A stretch of DNA of 61,652 nt, filler included, from Sluysia triapertura (GCA_046118255.1; 5 parts of 5 records of this genome joined end to end with filler, not necessarily neighbours in it); one strand, 5' to 3'. Shown: positions 25,001-39,937, numbered from the whole stretch's first letter. Notes: generated by a model not told the origin, from the letters alone. Made by a program: numbers and translations.

Positions 25001-28000
25001 GGTTAACTTGTTTCAATGAATTGCTGTATCAGGAAGAATATTTTTCTAGCGATTTCTTTAGTTCAATAATTGTTTTTTGACATTAAATCAATATCTTTAT
25101 TTGGTAGGAGGTTTAAAATTTAAATAACCTGTGTAATTACTCAGAATATACGATAATAACTTATCAATTAAAATTTTCCCGTTTGAAATAAAGATATTAC
25201 ATTATTTTCATTAAAAAAGTTAACATATGTTTTGAAAACTGAAAACATTCTTTAACCCTTTAAGCATAATTTTTCCTAGCCCCTTGAAAAATTAAAATTA
25301 AAAACTCTCTCAATATTGATTAATATTAATAATGTATTTTTTCTAAAAAATCTTCTTAGTTATTTTATGTATAAACATATCGAATAAAAATTCGGTAGTA
25401 AAGTTTTATTTATTTCGTCTTTTAAATAAAATAAGCATTATGTAAATGAGTTTAATGTTAAATATTCATAAATAACATATAAAACTATATTACAATTAAA
25501 TTAAGATTTCTATTCTTGTAATTTAATTAAAATATTTCAACTTATTTTCTAAAGGAATTTTGTTACTTTTCATGAAATGAAAAGTCTATTTTTAATTTTC
25601 TTTGTTTTAAAAAGCAAATTTAATTTTAATCTTAGAGTAAACTTAATATACTTATGTGATCCGAAAAAATTTTTTAAATTTTTAATTTTTAATCATTAAC
25701 ACACATTTACAATTCATTTAATCTTTCTAGCTATACTTTTTATTAAAATGAATTAATATTTTAATTTAAATAATCATTTTTTAGCTTTGATTTTCAATTA
25801 ATTTTTATTGTGACAAATTATATTTGCTTTTAGTTATTAATTTTTTTCTACTTTGTTCAGTAATATATATTTTATACTTAATTATGATTTCATAATTTAA
25901 TACTATTAATAATAAAATATATTTATTGACTTAATTATTGTAAAAAAATTAATTTTTAATTTTTTAATTTTTAATTAATTTTAATTTTTTAATAAAACAT
26001 TTCAAAGTAAATAAATTAATTAAAATTTAATTTAAAATTAATTTCAATTTGTTTAATAAATTAAAAATATTTATTATTGGTAACATTTTTCAAATATTAG
26101 ATTATTTTGGTATTAAGCTTAGATAAAATAATTAAAATTAATTATAATAATAATAAAATATAATTTATTAAAGTTTCAATTTTATTTAATTATTAATTCT
26201 TTATTATTGTTAATTAAATTATTATTTTATTTTTATTATTCCTACTGATATAAAATACTAATATTATTTTTCTGAATAATTTTATAATTAATAATGATCA
26301 TCAAATAATTATCAAAAAATAATATATAATCATAATATTAAGTAAATAATAATGCATAATAATAATATTTTTAGGCTAAGAAGCCTTTATAACTAAGATG
26401 ACAATGAGGTGATATAATGCCCACGCGTCTTATTTTTTGTGATTAATAGCTGACATAATCAAAGTTGTTTGCAAAATAATTAATAATCACCAAAGTAAAT
26501 ATTATTTTTAAATAATTGGCACAATTTTCAATAAAGTTTAAAAAATGGATTCACAATTTGTAATCATAAAAAGCATCTATTAAAGAAAATTTTGTTGTTT
26601 CCCAGTAACAAGGATATTTTAGAAATCCTGTTTTTGTATAAAATATATAAAAAATATAATTTTTTAGTTTATTTGTAGTAAGTAAAAATCAATAATCATT
26701 TTTCAAGAAATTTTCAATAAATAAATTAAAAAATATATTATTTAATAATGTTAATTTAAAGAAAAATATTAAATAAAAGAACATTTAAATTTTAATCTAT
26801 TTTATCAGTAGTCATTTATTTTAAGAAATTTGTAAATTATAAAATTTTACAGTTTTATATAACTTTATAATGATTAAAAGTTATATGTCAAATTTGAATC
26901 GTTGATTAGTTAGTAAAGTAGCTGCATTATATTTAAAATAAATAGTCAGTTTACAAAATTGTTGCTAAAAATAAAAAAATTATTTAAAATTTTCAGTTTA
27001 AATTGTACTAGACCGTTCGATTATACTTTTAATAAAGGCAAAGACCCACTTACGCTTATCAATGCAAAAACCTATAAGAATGCTCATTGTTAAGGTCACA
27101 AGAATCCAACTATAAGCGAATATGATTAAAATTTTTTTAGGTACTAGTGGTTTTAATAAAAAAAGTCTCCGAAAAATATCATCATTTTTCTTACACAATA
27201 ATTTTGAAGTCATAGTTTTAAGTAAATGTCAGACCGATAAAAGACTATGAATCTTTTGTGCACATTTTTCCATATTTTCACTTAAATTTTTATTTTAAAT
27301 TATTTTATTTTTATCTTCTAAATGTGTATAATAAAATGTTATAATTCGTACAGTGTAATCAAAATTAATTTTTACTAATTAAAATATTATTATAATCATT
27401 ATTTTTCTTAATTATTTAACATAATAAACAAAATTTAATAACAAAATGTAACAAATTTAACAAAGTTAAGATTAATTTTTGTAAGAAAAATATAGTTTTT
27501 GTTTTATATGTCAAATATTCAAAATTAAAAATATTTTTATTTCTTGCACACACAGAATTAGAAAACACCTTTTTTACATTTTGCAAAAATACTAAAAACA
27601 AATCTTTTTCTCATTTATTCTAAAATAATAAATATAATTTAACAATTAACTGAAAATAAATTATTAAAATATTTTATTCTACTTATAAAAATAAATAAAT
27701 AATAAGCAACAAAATTTTAATTTTAAAAATATATTCAATTTATTAACAGATGTAAAACATATATGTAAAAGATATAAATGGAAAATTATAAAAAAATCAG
27801 TAAAATATTTGGTATATTTATTGATGTTTAATAATCAATAGAACAATATAAAATTTATANNNNNNNNNNNNNNNNNNNNNNNNNNNNNNNNNNNNNNNNN
27901 NNNNNNNNNNNNNNNNNNNNNNNNNNNNNNNNNNNNNNNNNNNNNNNNNNNNNNNNNNNNNNNNNNNNNNNNNNNNNNNNNNNNNNNNNNNNNNNNNNNN

Positions 28001-28384
28001 NNNNNNNNNNNTAAATTTAATCGGCGACAATGCACTAATTTATCAACAAACAGCTGTCTACAATAACGCTCATAAAGCTGTTTTTGATTAACTTTACTCT
28101 GGTGACGCCACATAAATGAAAAATTTAGTACTAATTACTTTCACCCAATCAGAGTGAATACAGTGATACTCATAACAAAAATACTCTGATTGGGTGGGCA
28201 ACACACCAACAAAAACAAAAAATTAAAAATTATAATTTTATGATAAATCATTTCGTAGGCGATAATAGTTAACAAATATAAAATATTTTAATCAGAAATT
28301 TTCAAATTCGGGAATAAGCTTATAATTAAAGTATCAAGAAAAGTAAAAGGAAAACAAACGGCTATCGACAGCAGCAAACGAACT

Positions 28385-29830
28385 ATGAGTGACAGAATCG
28401 TGGAGTCAAATTTTCCAATCAAGACAGATTATGATTGCGAGAAATCTATGCAAGCTAGTAACAATATAACCCATCAACGTGAACGAACAACATCAAAATT
28501 TAGTGATATTATGTTGCTTTTAACAAATATAATTGTGGCTGTATTCGAGGCTCTATTATTATGGGAAATGCGCTCTCTTATAACGAATCTATATATCATC
28601 AAGAATTATTTCAACAAATTGTTCAATTACGTTAAAATTTTCGTGCAAGTAAACGGAACTTCTCAAATGAATGAAGAGTATCGTGTCAAGCACACTGAAA
28701 ATAGTGAAGTTACGAATGAAGTATGCCAGATCACGAATTTAGCGATTAATTGGAATTACAAATACGCTCCAAAATTTAAGAGGATCAAAACCAGAAGGTT
28801 ACAACCAACATTAGCATTATGTATTGAACAATGGCATCGATCATCTCTGGATCAAAACGTTATGACAAATAACCACTTGGAATTATTAAAACAAAATACT
28901 AAACCCAAAACAATGAAGCTGAAGTCTGCTTATATTAAGATAAATGATATCAACAAAGATGATGAACTTAATCCAGATGAAGAACAAGGAGAAATGAAGA
29001 ATGGGAATCACACAAGAAACCCATTGCTGGATGATCACGATGGTCCTGGTTATGGCAGATTCACCCGTCAATTCTTGAGGAAAGAAAAAATGTCTTGAAA
29101 TGCTACGAAAATGTTACTCAAAATGGACAATTTAATAAAACATGGGGACATACGAAGTAATGACGTTATATTTGATTTTATTAATGATCTGTTTTACCAT
29201 ATTAAACATTTTTATATAATTTATTATAGGTTATGCACTATGTACCAACTCGAAGCTGGATCCAAAGATGATAAGAAACGGTTACCAACCAGAATGAAGT
29301 ACAGCAATAAAAATCTAAACCTTTTAGTATATATAAATAAATTTAGTTTCGAAAACGTCGTTGTTTTTAATGTATATTTGTTTCATAATATTAACGAATT
29401 ATATTATCATAAAATAAATAAATATTTTGAAGTAAGAAGTATAAAAGAAGTAAATAAAGTTTATTTTCAAATAGTGTTTAGCGACCAAGTTATGGAGTTC
29501 TATGAACTTAATAAAATGATCAATCAATTAAGGGACAAAAAGATCTTTATTAAGTCTACACCCTTAAAGCTTAACTTTATCACGGCCATAATCGATATTA
29601 TAAGGTTTATACTTTTCAATTGTCATCAGGTCAAGTTTAAGCTCTCAAAACACATAAAAAATACAGCAACATTTGAATGCACCTCCATATACCCCTGAAT
29701 TAAAATATGATAAATTACAAGATGTAATACCTGCTACAATCTATTGCATGAATAAATCGAATGTTAGAATCATAAAAAGTATTGTAATATAATAATAAAT
29801 AAATGTCGGACTGAAATATTATGTTTGAAT
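28385..29830 (+). mobile_element. Degenerate non-LTR retrotransposon ORF1 (gag-like) with C-terminal zinc knuckle
   Basis: Two near-contiguous intronless ORFs (28385-29098, 29111-29698) are followed by ITRCNTCYNLLHE*IEC*..KYC..KC...LCLN at ~29715-29830. This is CX2CX4HX4C plus further Cys, typical of Jockey/I-group ORF1. Confidence 0.5.
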
Positions 29831-30379
29831 TAAAATGTTATTATAAAAGATTAAAGGAAAGTATTATATTTGAATTAAAATTTAAAAATTAAAAACAAAA
29901 TTAAAAAGTAATTGTGAGCCATATTAAATAATTTGGTAAATAATTCAATTGTACGTTAAAATAGAAAAAAAATTGTGAGCCACTTTAAACAATAATTTGA
30001 CTGCATCAAATAATTTGATTGCGAATATGTTGTATATACGCTGAATAATATAGTTCTGAATAAAATTGTAAGCTAATATTAATGTATTATAAATAATTTA
30101 ATAGTATGCACGCTTTGGCCAATATTGAATAATTCTATGTATAATTTTATATATTTTACATATCATGTGTAGTAAATTTTAATTAACCAAATTATTATTA
30201 TAAACTGAATTATATAAACTAAACGGAATATTGCTCACACAAACACAATAACTAGCATTAATTCTGTAGATTATTACAAGATAATGGAGGCTACGCAGAA
30301 AAATATACAGATTCACTTGGATGTAACAAAATTAATTCTGTTAATCATGTTACTTTATGCTGTGTGTAGTGCCGAATCA

Positions 30380-30860
30380 ATATAAAAATTATTTTTCTTT
30401 ACAGAATCTAGTTTTCACAGTAAAATTTTGTCATTTTTCCAAGATCCACAGAAAAAATCCAAATAAGAAAATATAATTTCAAGAATATTTCCACAAATGA
30501 ATTTTGGCATGCATTCAGCATTTCTCAAATACCAATTAAATGTTTTTAATACAGACATACTAAAAAAGCGTGTCACTATTTTCAGCATGTGATTCCGGCC
30601 CCCTATAGTTTAGAAAACACTTAAAATTTTCAATAAACATTAGCTTTTTTGCGTCTGCACCAATACTGTCACTTCATTTTTAGCTTTGGAAAGTTTTGGG
30701 AAAAATTTCTATAGAAAATCAAGGTAGCACCATCTTTCTCTAGTGCATTAACAAAATTTTTGAATAAGACCAACTTTATGTGATAAAAATATACGATATG
30801 GATCAACAATTAAAATATACTAACACTGTTTCTCTCAGAAATGTGCACTTTTAATTAGGT
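30380..30860 (-). mobile_element. Decayed DNA transposase, CMC/Chapaev-3-like
   Basis: Frameshifted minus fragments IVDPYRIFL / HIKLVLFKNFVNALEKDGA / KLSKAK / EMLNACQN..LKLYFL / SYLDFF match, in order, the conserved LVDP..ILLPPLHIKLGLMKNFVKA.DK.G ... LS.AK ... MSLK.HFLHSHLDFF motifs. The family name is from recall. Confidence 0.72.
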
Positions 30861-33800
30861 TAATTGAGACTTACTAAATATTCTTTTCACTTTACTGTCC
30901 CCCATCAGCAATTCTACGTAGATAAAACAGTTTTACTTTTGTACATAACTTTATTACTTTAATAATTATCTGTTAATGTGAGTTGAATTCGAAGATAACT
31001 TGAATTATATTCAATAGATGCATTCAAAATATTCAATAGATCTAAGCCGGTAGAAAATCAAAGGGTTTAACATACACAAAATTCAACAATTTCAGTCTAA
31101 TTTATCGATGAAACAAAAATAAAATTAACTTCTTTTTTATGTTGAATCATTTTTGTTGTTACTATATTTTTGAGTGGACTGTTACTAAATTTAGCAGTCT
31201 ATATGGATCTCTTTAATAACGCAAAAAAATTGCATAATTATTTATTGCTTCATACTCAAAATAATTACTGCTGTCACAACAATAATATCTCTGCTCTTTC
31301 TACGTTGCAACAAAACGCCTTCTTCATTTACATATTACAAACTGTTACAATTTGTTTTCATGATTTTCTCTCGGAATCTGATATTTTACTTAAATCAGTA
31401 CATGGTTTTTTTCACTGCTAAATTGACGTGGTATATTTTACTTCTACATAAACGATGGTTGAGTGTTGTTATTTAAAACGACACTGTGAAACAGTTTTCA
31501 AATTTGTAATTAAATTATGACCTTTGTTTATGGAATCTACCAAATCATGTTGCTTTTGAGATAATTGGTGACAGTTTGTGATACCCGAGTAATATTGGTA
31601 AGCATCGACTTTTTAAAGATTTAAATGTTACTAAAGTCATATGAATTCTTGTAAATAACACATTTTTCGTTTTCATGTTCGAATATTTCTTCTGAAATTA
31701 ATTCTTCATGTTCTCCTTTTGGTAGATTTTCTTCTATTGTATCATGTTCTATTTTTGTTGCGCGATTATCTAATGAGTACTTTGTCATTGATTTTTCAGC
31801 TATTTTTGTGTTTCGAAATGGAATTTGTCTTTCATCGCCTTGTCTAACATTATGATTACTAGATTTACTTTGGCTAATTCGTTGTTGAGCTTTAAGTTGT
31901 CGTGATTTATTGTGCTCAGAATACCGATTATCAAAGATAGGATTGTTTCTTCTCGTGTTATACTTGGGTTGATAAAATTGAAAACAAGAGGGAAAGAAAA
32001 AAATTAATTAAAAAGGATAATAGAAGATTTAGTAAAGTAGCAAAGTACATAAGAGTGGAGGTTGTGTAAAGAAAATGGAGTGTTATTGTAGAAATTTTAT
32101 TGCGATAAATTTTTATATATTTTATTTTTAAGTTGATTTTAATGTTTTATATATTTGTTGAATATTATAAAAATTGTGTAAGTAATTATTGTTTATATGA
32201 TAGAAAATAGTTTAAATGATGGAGTTGTACCGCCACACATAATGTATATTTCCCTAATTTAGTTTTAAATAAACATTTGATAATTATCATATTTGTTCAT
32301 GACTCAAAACTAAATAAATGTTCCTTCAAATTCACTCAATATTTTATCTCTAAATAAATGCTTAGTAATATCAAATTATAATTTATCAATAAATAAAGAT
32401 TTTACTATAAATTTGGACAATAAAATATCTCTAAAGTGCATAATTATATCTAAAACATTATAATATTGATTTCGTAATAAGTATCAATTTTTACAATTGC
32501 AACGCTATCAATTATTGATATTTCGGAAAATTTTTCAAATTTTTCACATAATAATAGTTAAAAATTTACGAAGAAATATTATCCTAAGTGTCTAGATAAA
32601 ATAGATGAAATAATTTAAAATAAATTCCGATAAATTCATTATTTTATTCAAATTAAAAATTCGCGTGACTTCTATATAATTGTATATAATTTAATTTAAT
32701 TTAATGTGGACATATGTTCATTTAACATTGTAATCAATTTTTTCATACAAGAAAGTAAGAGTTTACATTGTTATTATTTGTGTTGTTCATTTTATAAATT
32801 CCTATAGTCTTGTCATTTTTTCAGTTTATTAATTTAAATTGTGTTGCAGTTATAAAAAATTTTAGTATTCAAAAATTAAATAAAAACTACATACTTAGTC
32901 ATTTTTATAATCTAAAGACTTTATTTCAATCATATAATAGTTTGTTATTTTCGAAAAATCATAAAAAGTGGTTCCTAAAATTCTTACCAAACTCATTGTC
33001 ATATACCTTTTCGAATAAAACAATTTACAATGAAAATTCTAATTTTTCTTTTTGTAACATAATATTTCATTTAAAATAAAAATTACACAATATTTCATTT
33101 AAAATAAAAAATTGTTTTTAAATTTTAAAGTAAAATCAAAATCATTTTCAAAATTTAAATTATTAAATTAAATTAAATATTATAGAAAGCAATTGAGATT
33201 ATTATTATTATTATTATTAATATTATTATACGGTTGCAATTCAAATGTACTATTATGTAAATAAAAAAATTTTATGCATGAATTTATTATTATTATTCAA
33301 CATATTACAGTTTCGAGATTTATAAGCATAAATTTACTATTATAGTATAATTATTTATTATTTTTATTATTATTATTATTATTATTATTTTTGTTATTAT
33401 TATTATTATTCACTGACATTATTACTAACGATTAAATTTTTGCTTACTATAATTATAGTAACAGTTTTATTACTATTAAAATACTGTTACATATTGTGAC
33501 AATATTGGAAATAATTTAAATGTATACTATTGTAACGATTAAATTGTTATATATTGTGATAATATTGGAAATAATTTAAAAGGAAGCAAATTTTTCAAGA
33601 ATTTTCATAATTATTTTGAGATTTGCATCACGGGAGAAACAATTCTATTCAATCGATCGAATAACTGGATTTTTGTGCAGCTACAAACAATTTTATCCAG
33701 AATTTACATCATTTGTAAGTAATCTTCATTGATTTTTATAAACGTTAACATTAAAATTAAAGTTTTATATATTATAAAATTTTGTATTTATATATTTATT

Positions 33801-35336
33801 TTATATTAATTCATAAATACATTATTTGCTTGTTATTTTATTTTAACTAAATTGAGAGCGGGGCCCTAAGAAGAAAAGAAAGAATATACATACGATATTA
33901 CATTGAAGATAGAATAAAAAGTTGCAGTAATAAACTCGGAGCTAAACAATTATAATTGAATTTATCTAAATAATTTAATTGACACTTAAACATCTATATA
34001 TTACAGTTGAGTATTGATTAGAGTATAACCGTATAACTATCATTAATAAATCATTAAGCACTTCTATCCTGAACATTGAGGACGAGTATACTAATTCATA
34101 CCTCCGGTTAAGTTAATATAAAGTGATAATATTAATTGTTAAGTACAGAATAACTATAAATTTTATAAAGAGATTTAAATTAATAATATATAACAAGAAT
34201 TTTTAGAGTATAAAATAGTGTCCAGACATATTTAAATTTGACATAGATTTAAACAAAGAGATAACACATAAAATTTTAAAGACTTAGAAGGAGCCAAGAT
34301 AAATTTTACATTTATATCAAGCAATTTTAAATATATAAAAAATTTATTACAATACGTTTAAACTTCTTATTACAAAAAATTAACTTGAATAATAGTTAAT
34401 TGACGCAAAATCTTTATTTATTATAATTATTACATTGCTGTATAACAATTTCTAGATAACAATTATTAATACATAATTATTTTTAAAAAGAAGTTTTTTG
34501 TTTTTTGAGTACTAAACAACTTCTATATTTTCAAAATCACAAAATTGCCCGTGCATTGAGACTTCATCAGAATTTCATTATGATTCCTAAAATCAATTTA
34601 TATGAATCCTTTTCATAGGATTCTCATAAAATACCATAACTAAACTATAATAACATTATAAAATTTTTATAACCCCAGATTACATTTCATAATTAACCTA
34701 ACAAGCATTTTATAGCTAAGCCAGCAAACACTTTGGGATTAAACCAGTGAGCATTAAGAAGTTTTAATCGTCAAATAAAACTCTTTTATTTAAAATCCAA
34801 CTGCTAGCCGGAATCGGTAAGCCTAGTATGTTGGTGAACTCACCTATAAGATTGCTTTATTATGTAAGGTTAGGAAAAAACCACAGCATATAAATTAAAT
34901 TTGTTAGTACTAATAATAGTATTATGAACAAGATAATTTTGTTAATAATAATAAAACATATTGTTCTCAGTCCAAATATTCATGTTTTATTAAATTATTC
35001 AATCTTATTATAATATGATTTTTATCGATTATAATGCTTTTAATTTTGATATTACATTATTCTTTCTGTTCTGCCTAATCTTTAATTTAAGTTGATTCTG
35101 ATCTAAAATAATGTTATTATTTTTAATTATATACTAATTTTATTCGATCTCAGTTTAATAGAATTTTAACTCTCACGTTGGAATGATCTTTATGTTCTTA
35201 AAATTTCATGTTATATTCTTTTTATAAAATCTTATTTTAAAATGATTATTTATTTTATTTGTGAGAATGAAAAGTGTGTATAGAATAAAGAGTTTAAAAT
35301 TTAACGTGAGTTCACCAACGTACTGGACTTACCAGC

Positions 35337-35436
35337 NNNNNNNNNNNNNNNNNNNNNNNNNNNNNNNNNNNNNNNNNNNNTTAATTAATTAANNNNNNNN
35401 NNNNNNNNNNNNNNNNNNNNNNNNNNNNNNNNNNNN
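35337..35436. other. Artificial scaffold linker
   Basis: 100 nt, linker at 35381-35392. Confidence 0.95.

Positions 35437-35508
<72 letters not shown>
35437..35508. repeat. (AAT)n microsatellite; others at ~9549-9599, 24514-24550, 38655-38712 and 61538-61600
   Basis: Directly visible; several sit at contig ends. Confidence 0.95.
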
Positions 35509-35509
<1 letters not shown>

Positions 35510-38500
35510 TCCAATATAACACCAATATTTTATACTGTAATCAAATAGTGTTAATAATATTAATAAATTCCACTAATGTTTTATACAGTAAATATTATAT
35601 GCAGTAATAATTAATAAATTTGAATGGCAAATATCATCTTCCATCTAAATAATATATTAATGAATTTTGATTACATATTAATTGTATTTATTCTCATTTT
35701 CCTCGATTATAATGCTCTTAATTATGGAATAATTTTGATGCTACATTATTCTCTCTGTTCTGCCTAATCTTTAATTTAAGTTGATTTTAATCGAAAATAA
35801 TGTTATTAATTTTTAATTGTATACTAGTTTTATTCAATCTCAATTGAATATAATTTTAACTCTCATATTGGAATAATCTTTGTTTTTAAAAAATTTTATT
35901 TTATTCTTTTTGTAGAATCCTATTTTAAAATGATTATTTATTGTTTGAATTTAAAAATAGTTACATTATTTGTTATTAAATTAACTCTACTAAATCTCAT
36001 TTTAAATTGATATAAAGAAGTATAACTTTAATGATAACAATTTTAGTTTTATTTTGAAATAATTTTATTTAAATAAATTTAAATTAAATTAATTTTAAAT
36101 TTGATTTAAAATAAATGAAAATTTAAATTTAAAATAAATGAATAAATGATACTTATATGTTTTTAGATACTTTTTCATATAGTTCTTGAGATTTCAAGAG
36201 AGAGATGATTTCATTTTTATCAATAAACACGCCTTAAAACATAAACTTGACCAATAAGTAAAATCTAGAATAATTCTAATATTTCGCCATTTCGAATTAC
36301 AAATATTTTTAAAAACTAAAAATGTGAAATTTTATGCCGTTTCGAAAATGAATACAGTTATTTTTTGTTAGAAAAATTATAATAAAGATGAAATAAAAAT
36401 GTTAAAATAATTAAATATTGATAAAAATAATAAGAGTTGTCATCACAACCCCACAAAATAATTTTAAGATGTCATAATGACACCTTAAAATTATTTAAAA
36501 CTATTTAAAATTATCAAAGAATTATTTAAAATAATAGAAAATGTTTCCAAACCATTTATTAATCTTTAAAATTACTTTTCGAAAAGTAATTATTTTATTA
36601 ATTAAGTAATTAAAATTATTTACGAGAGTTAAGGAAATTATTGATCTAATTAAATTGAATGATCCTAATTCTATTATTGTAACGTTATGTTTTCATGATA
36701 GAAATTTGGCGCCCGATGAATTTTTAAATGATTATGGAATTCACGATGATATATTAAAAGCTACTATTGTTTATGATACACCCCTTAGTTGTTCTACTCC
36801 CAATAACACTATTAAAGATAAAATAGATAAAGATTACTTAACCCCTACATTTACGAGTAATAATAATAATAAATTTGAGAATAACATTACAGATACTGAT
36901 AATGAACAGCCAGATTACGTAATAGATTTAAATGACAGCCCACATACAGAGACGTTAAACAAGGAAACAAATGATCTCAAGAGAAGACCAGACAGGCCAA
37001 GAAAAGAAGAAAGTAGTGATCAATTAATAACTTCTAATATCGTATACTTAACAAAAATTACTTGCGATAGCGACAAAATCGAATTAGATACAAGAAGTTT
37101 AATTTACACCCTATTGCATGATAAATTTGATAACTTCAATAAGTATAAACTATTATTACAAAAATTCTATTGATAAAATAACGCAACAATTAGAGGAAAA
37201 ATATAAAGATAAGGATATATCGACACAGGGCAATATAAGTTACCGGTAATACCGGCATACCTATGTTTTTTTATACAAACTGTATTTCATCATATGATGC
37301 TGACCCTAGCACTCAGTCTGAAATCAATGTACAAGAACCTTATTATAGACTTCCAGTCTCTTCTTCTATATCCAGTTCCAATCTTGTTAAGCTCGTTCCG
37401 AATCCCTCCGGCCTCACTAAATCGCAAAAAAGGAGGCGAAAATTGAAGAGATTTTACAAGGCCAATGGTCTCTATAAAAAGCATCGCAACACTAAACCTA
37501 ATCCTTTTCTTAAACGTAAAACTCCTTTGTAAATAATTTAAAGTTATGCACATATTATGAAATTTTACAAAATATTGAAAAAACAAATTACTTATGTTTT
37601 GTGTCATCTTTATGTACTGGATTTACTTCCAGAATACATCTACTCGATCAAGCGGAAAAATTTTCACAAATAAAATGTTTTTACAACGGTGTAGAGACTC
37701 TGCAAATTTACCTCTTCAAATGTTACTCCCAATTGACCAAAAGTTTATCACACACGTCTTTTCTCTATCTTCGAATTTTTCATCAGTTATGGTCAACAAT
37801 CTTTCCGATTTTCCCTCGGACCTTGCTCCTGTGATAATAGCTGCTGCTCGTGGAGTTTTAAAAGTAACTTTAGTTATTGATTATGTCCCTCTTTTATTCC
37901 GAGTTTACGCTTATTCGTCGCTTAAATTAGAAAATCTTTCGACGCCTCTATGGTCAAGATCGAAGCTGAAGAGTACCCGTCTAATTTCGCCGTACTTTTT
38001 CAGATCCCACCTTTAAAATCAAAGACTTGTTTGTCACCCTTATGTGACACCAATGTACAACATTTCGATATGTAGAATGCTTGTCTGACTTTTGCGCCTA
38101 TTTTCGATGAAATTATTGAGACATTTGGCATTCCTTACGGTTGGTTGATGGGTACGTTAACCTCACCAATACTAACTTGGTTTCGTTTTTGTCAGCGGAT
38201 CCTTTTATTATGTGGTGGCCAAACTTTTCATTTAAAATTTAATTCATTATTTTATCACATTTACTAACACTTTACATTTTACTTTTTCAGAATCCATCAA
38301 AATCTTTTTTATATTTCAAAACATTTTAACCTTAAAACATTAAAACTATATTTTCATTCAAGCCATCAATGTACATTTCAAATTACTTTCAAAACATTTT
38401 AATTTACAATGTCATAACATTTTACATAACAATTTACATCTTAAATTATCAAAGATATATTTCAAATTCACAATTCTTCAACAATCATTCTTTAACATCT

Positions 38501-38672
38501 TTGAAAAACATTAAATTTATACTGTAAAATCATTTTAAACATTCTTACCACAAAAAGAACTTCATTTAAATTAATTTTTTGTATAGAACTTTAAAAGAAT
38601 GTTATTAAAGAAATTTTTTTTTAAAGGATTAAAGATTATGTAAAAAGAGCAAGGTTTTTGCGTTTTGAATAA

Positions 38673-38712
<40 letters not shown>

Positions 38713-39415
38713 TTATTATATTTTATTTACTTATTTTATTATAATTATAATTATTATTGTAATCATCTTTATTGACATTATTATTATCATATCTATTATC
38801 ACTACTATTATTTAATATCAGCATATAATTTATATTAGCAACTGCCAGTAATTGACAGTTTTAATTTAAATGAGACTTCTATTATCGTACTGACAGTCGC
38901 ATAGCCAAAAATTCAATCTTTTGAGAGTCGATTTGCATGTCACCATTTTAATTATTATTTAATGAATTTTGTAAACTTTATGGTGACAGGCATACATTTA
39001 CACACTTGTTCTATTTAGACTATATTTCTATTGTTATGATTGGACATTCAATCAATTTTATTAATAGTACTACTTTTCTGATTGAATGTCCAATCAACAT
39101 AATTTTTATCCAATCAATGTTAATTTTTGTAATTTTTATCATCGGTATTACTGGACATCCAATGATTGTTGATTCATAACAGACTCACTAAAAATAAAGT
39201 TATAACTAAATAAAAGAACCAATTAAAAATTTAGTAAGCAAAGCACAATTATAAAAATTATTTTTCAAATAAAAGATACACACAATTATAGTATTTAAAT
39301 GAATTTTAGCTACGAACAATAACTTTGAGATTAATAGCCATATCCTGCAGAATAAAAATTTTATTAGGTTAAAAAATAACGTACAAAGCAAGTCAAAATA
39401 ATATAATTTTAATAA

Positions 39416-39937
39416 TTGTTGTTAAAATTAATACTCAACATGATTAAACCAATTTTAGTTGAATTAATCAAAGATTCTGATTCACGCAAAAAGCTAATCG
39501 AATTGATATGTTTTATTTATCGACTAATGTCATCATCATCATCATCATTAGTGAACAATGTTAATTTAGAATACTTTATAGACCTCTACAATGATAATTC
39601 ATTTTCAATAACAGCACTACAATTTATTCAAATTTATACAAAAATTTGTTACCTTAAACTCGAATTAGAACATCGATTAAAATTATTCTCTATTCTATGT
39701 ACTTGTTTGATAGGTACTCGTAATCAAACTCATAAAGATTTTATTTTATATTTATTACGTCAATTAAAGGTCAATGATAGTAATGGAAAGGTATATGAAT
39801 ATTTAAGCAAACTTAATCAGCGACAAAACATTAGTGAATTAATCAAAATAAAGAATCGAATAAGAAATAATTTTACTGATATAAAATCAAAATCAGTTAT
39901 TTCAAGAAGATATCTATCTAATCCTATCAAAAGCTAA
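39416..39937 (+). CDS. Uncharacterised helical (ARM/HEAT-like) protein fragment
   Basis: A 173-codon open frame with an amphipathic Leu/Ile pattern in very AT-rich DNA. No family recognised; it may be a terminal exon or a retrocopy fragment. Confidence 0.35.
   Translation: MLLKLILNMIKPILVELIKDSDSRKKLIELICFIYRLMSSSSSSLVNNVNLEYFIDLYNDNSFSITALQFIQIYTKICYLKLELEHRLKLFSILCTCLIGTRNQTHKDFILYLLRQLKVNDSNGKVYEYLSKLNQRQNISELIKIKNRIRNNFTDIKSKSVISRRYLSNPIKS

Larger units (their letters stand above)
35025..35945 (+). repeat. Two copies of a ~230-bp repeat (35025-35255 and 35703-35945) on either side of a linker
   Basis: Shared sequence TCGATTATAATGCT..TACATTATTCT.TCTGTTCTGCCTAATCTTTAATTTAAGTTGATT..AATTTTAACTCTCA..TTGGAAT.ATCTTT. 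Confidence 0.88.
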
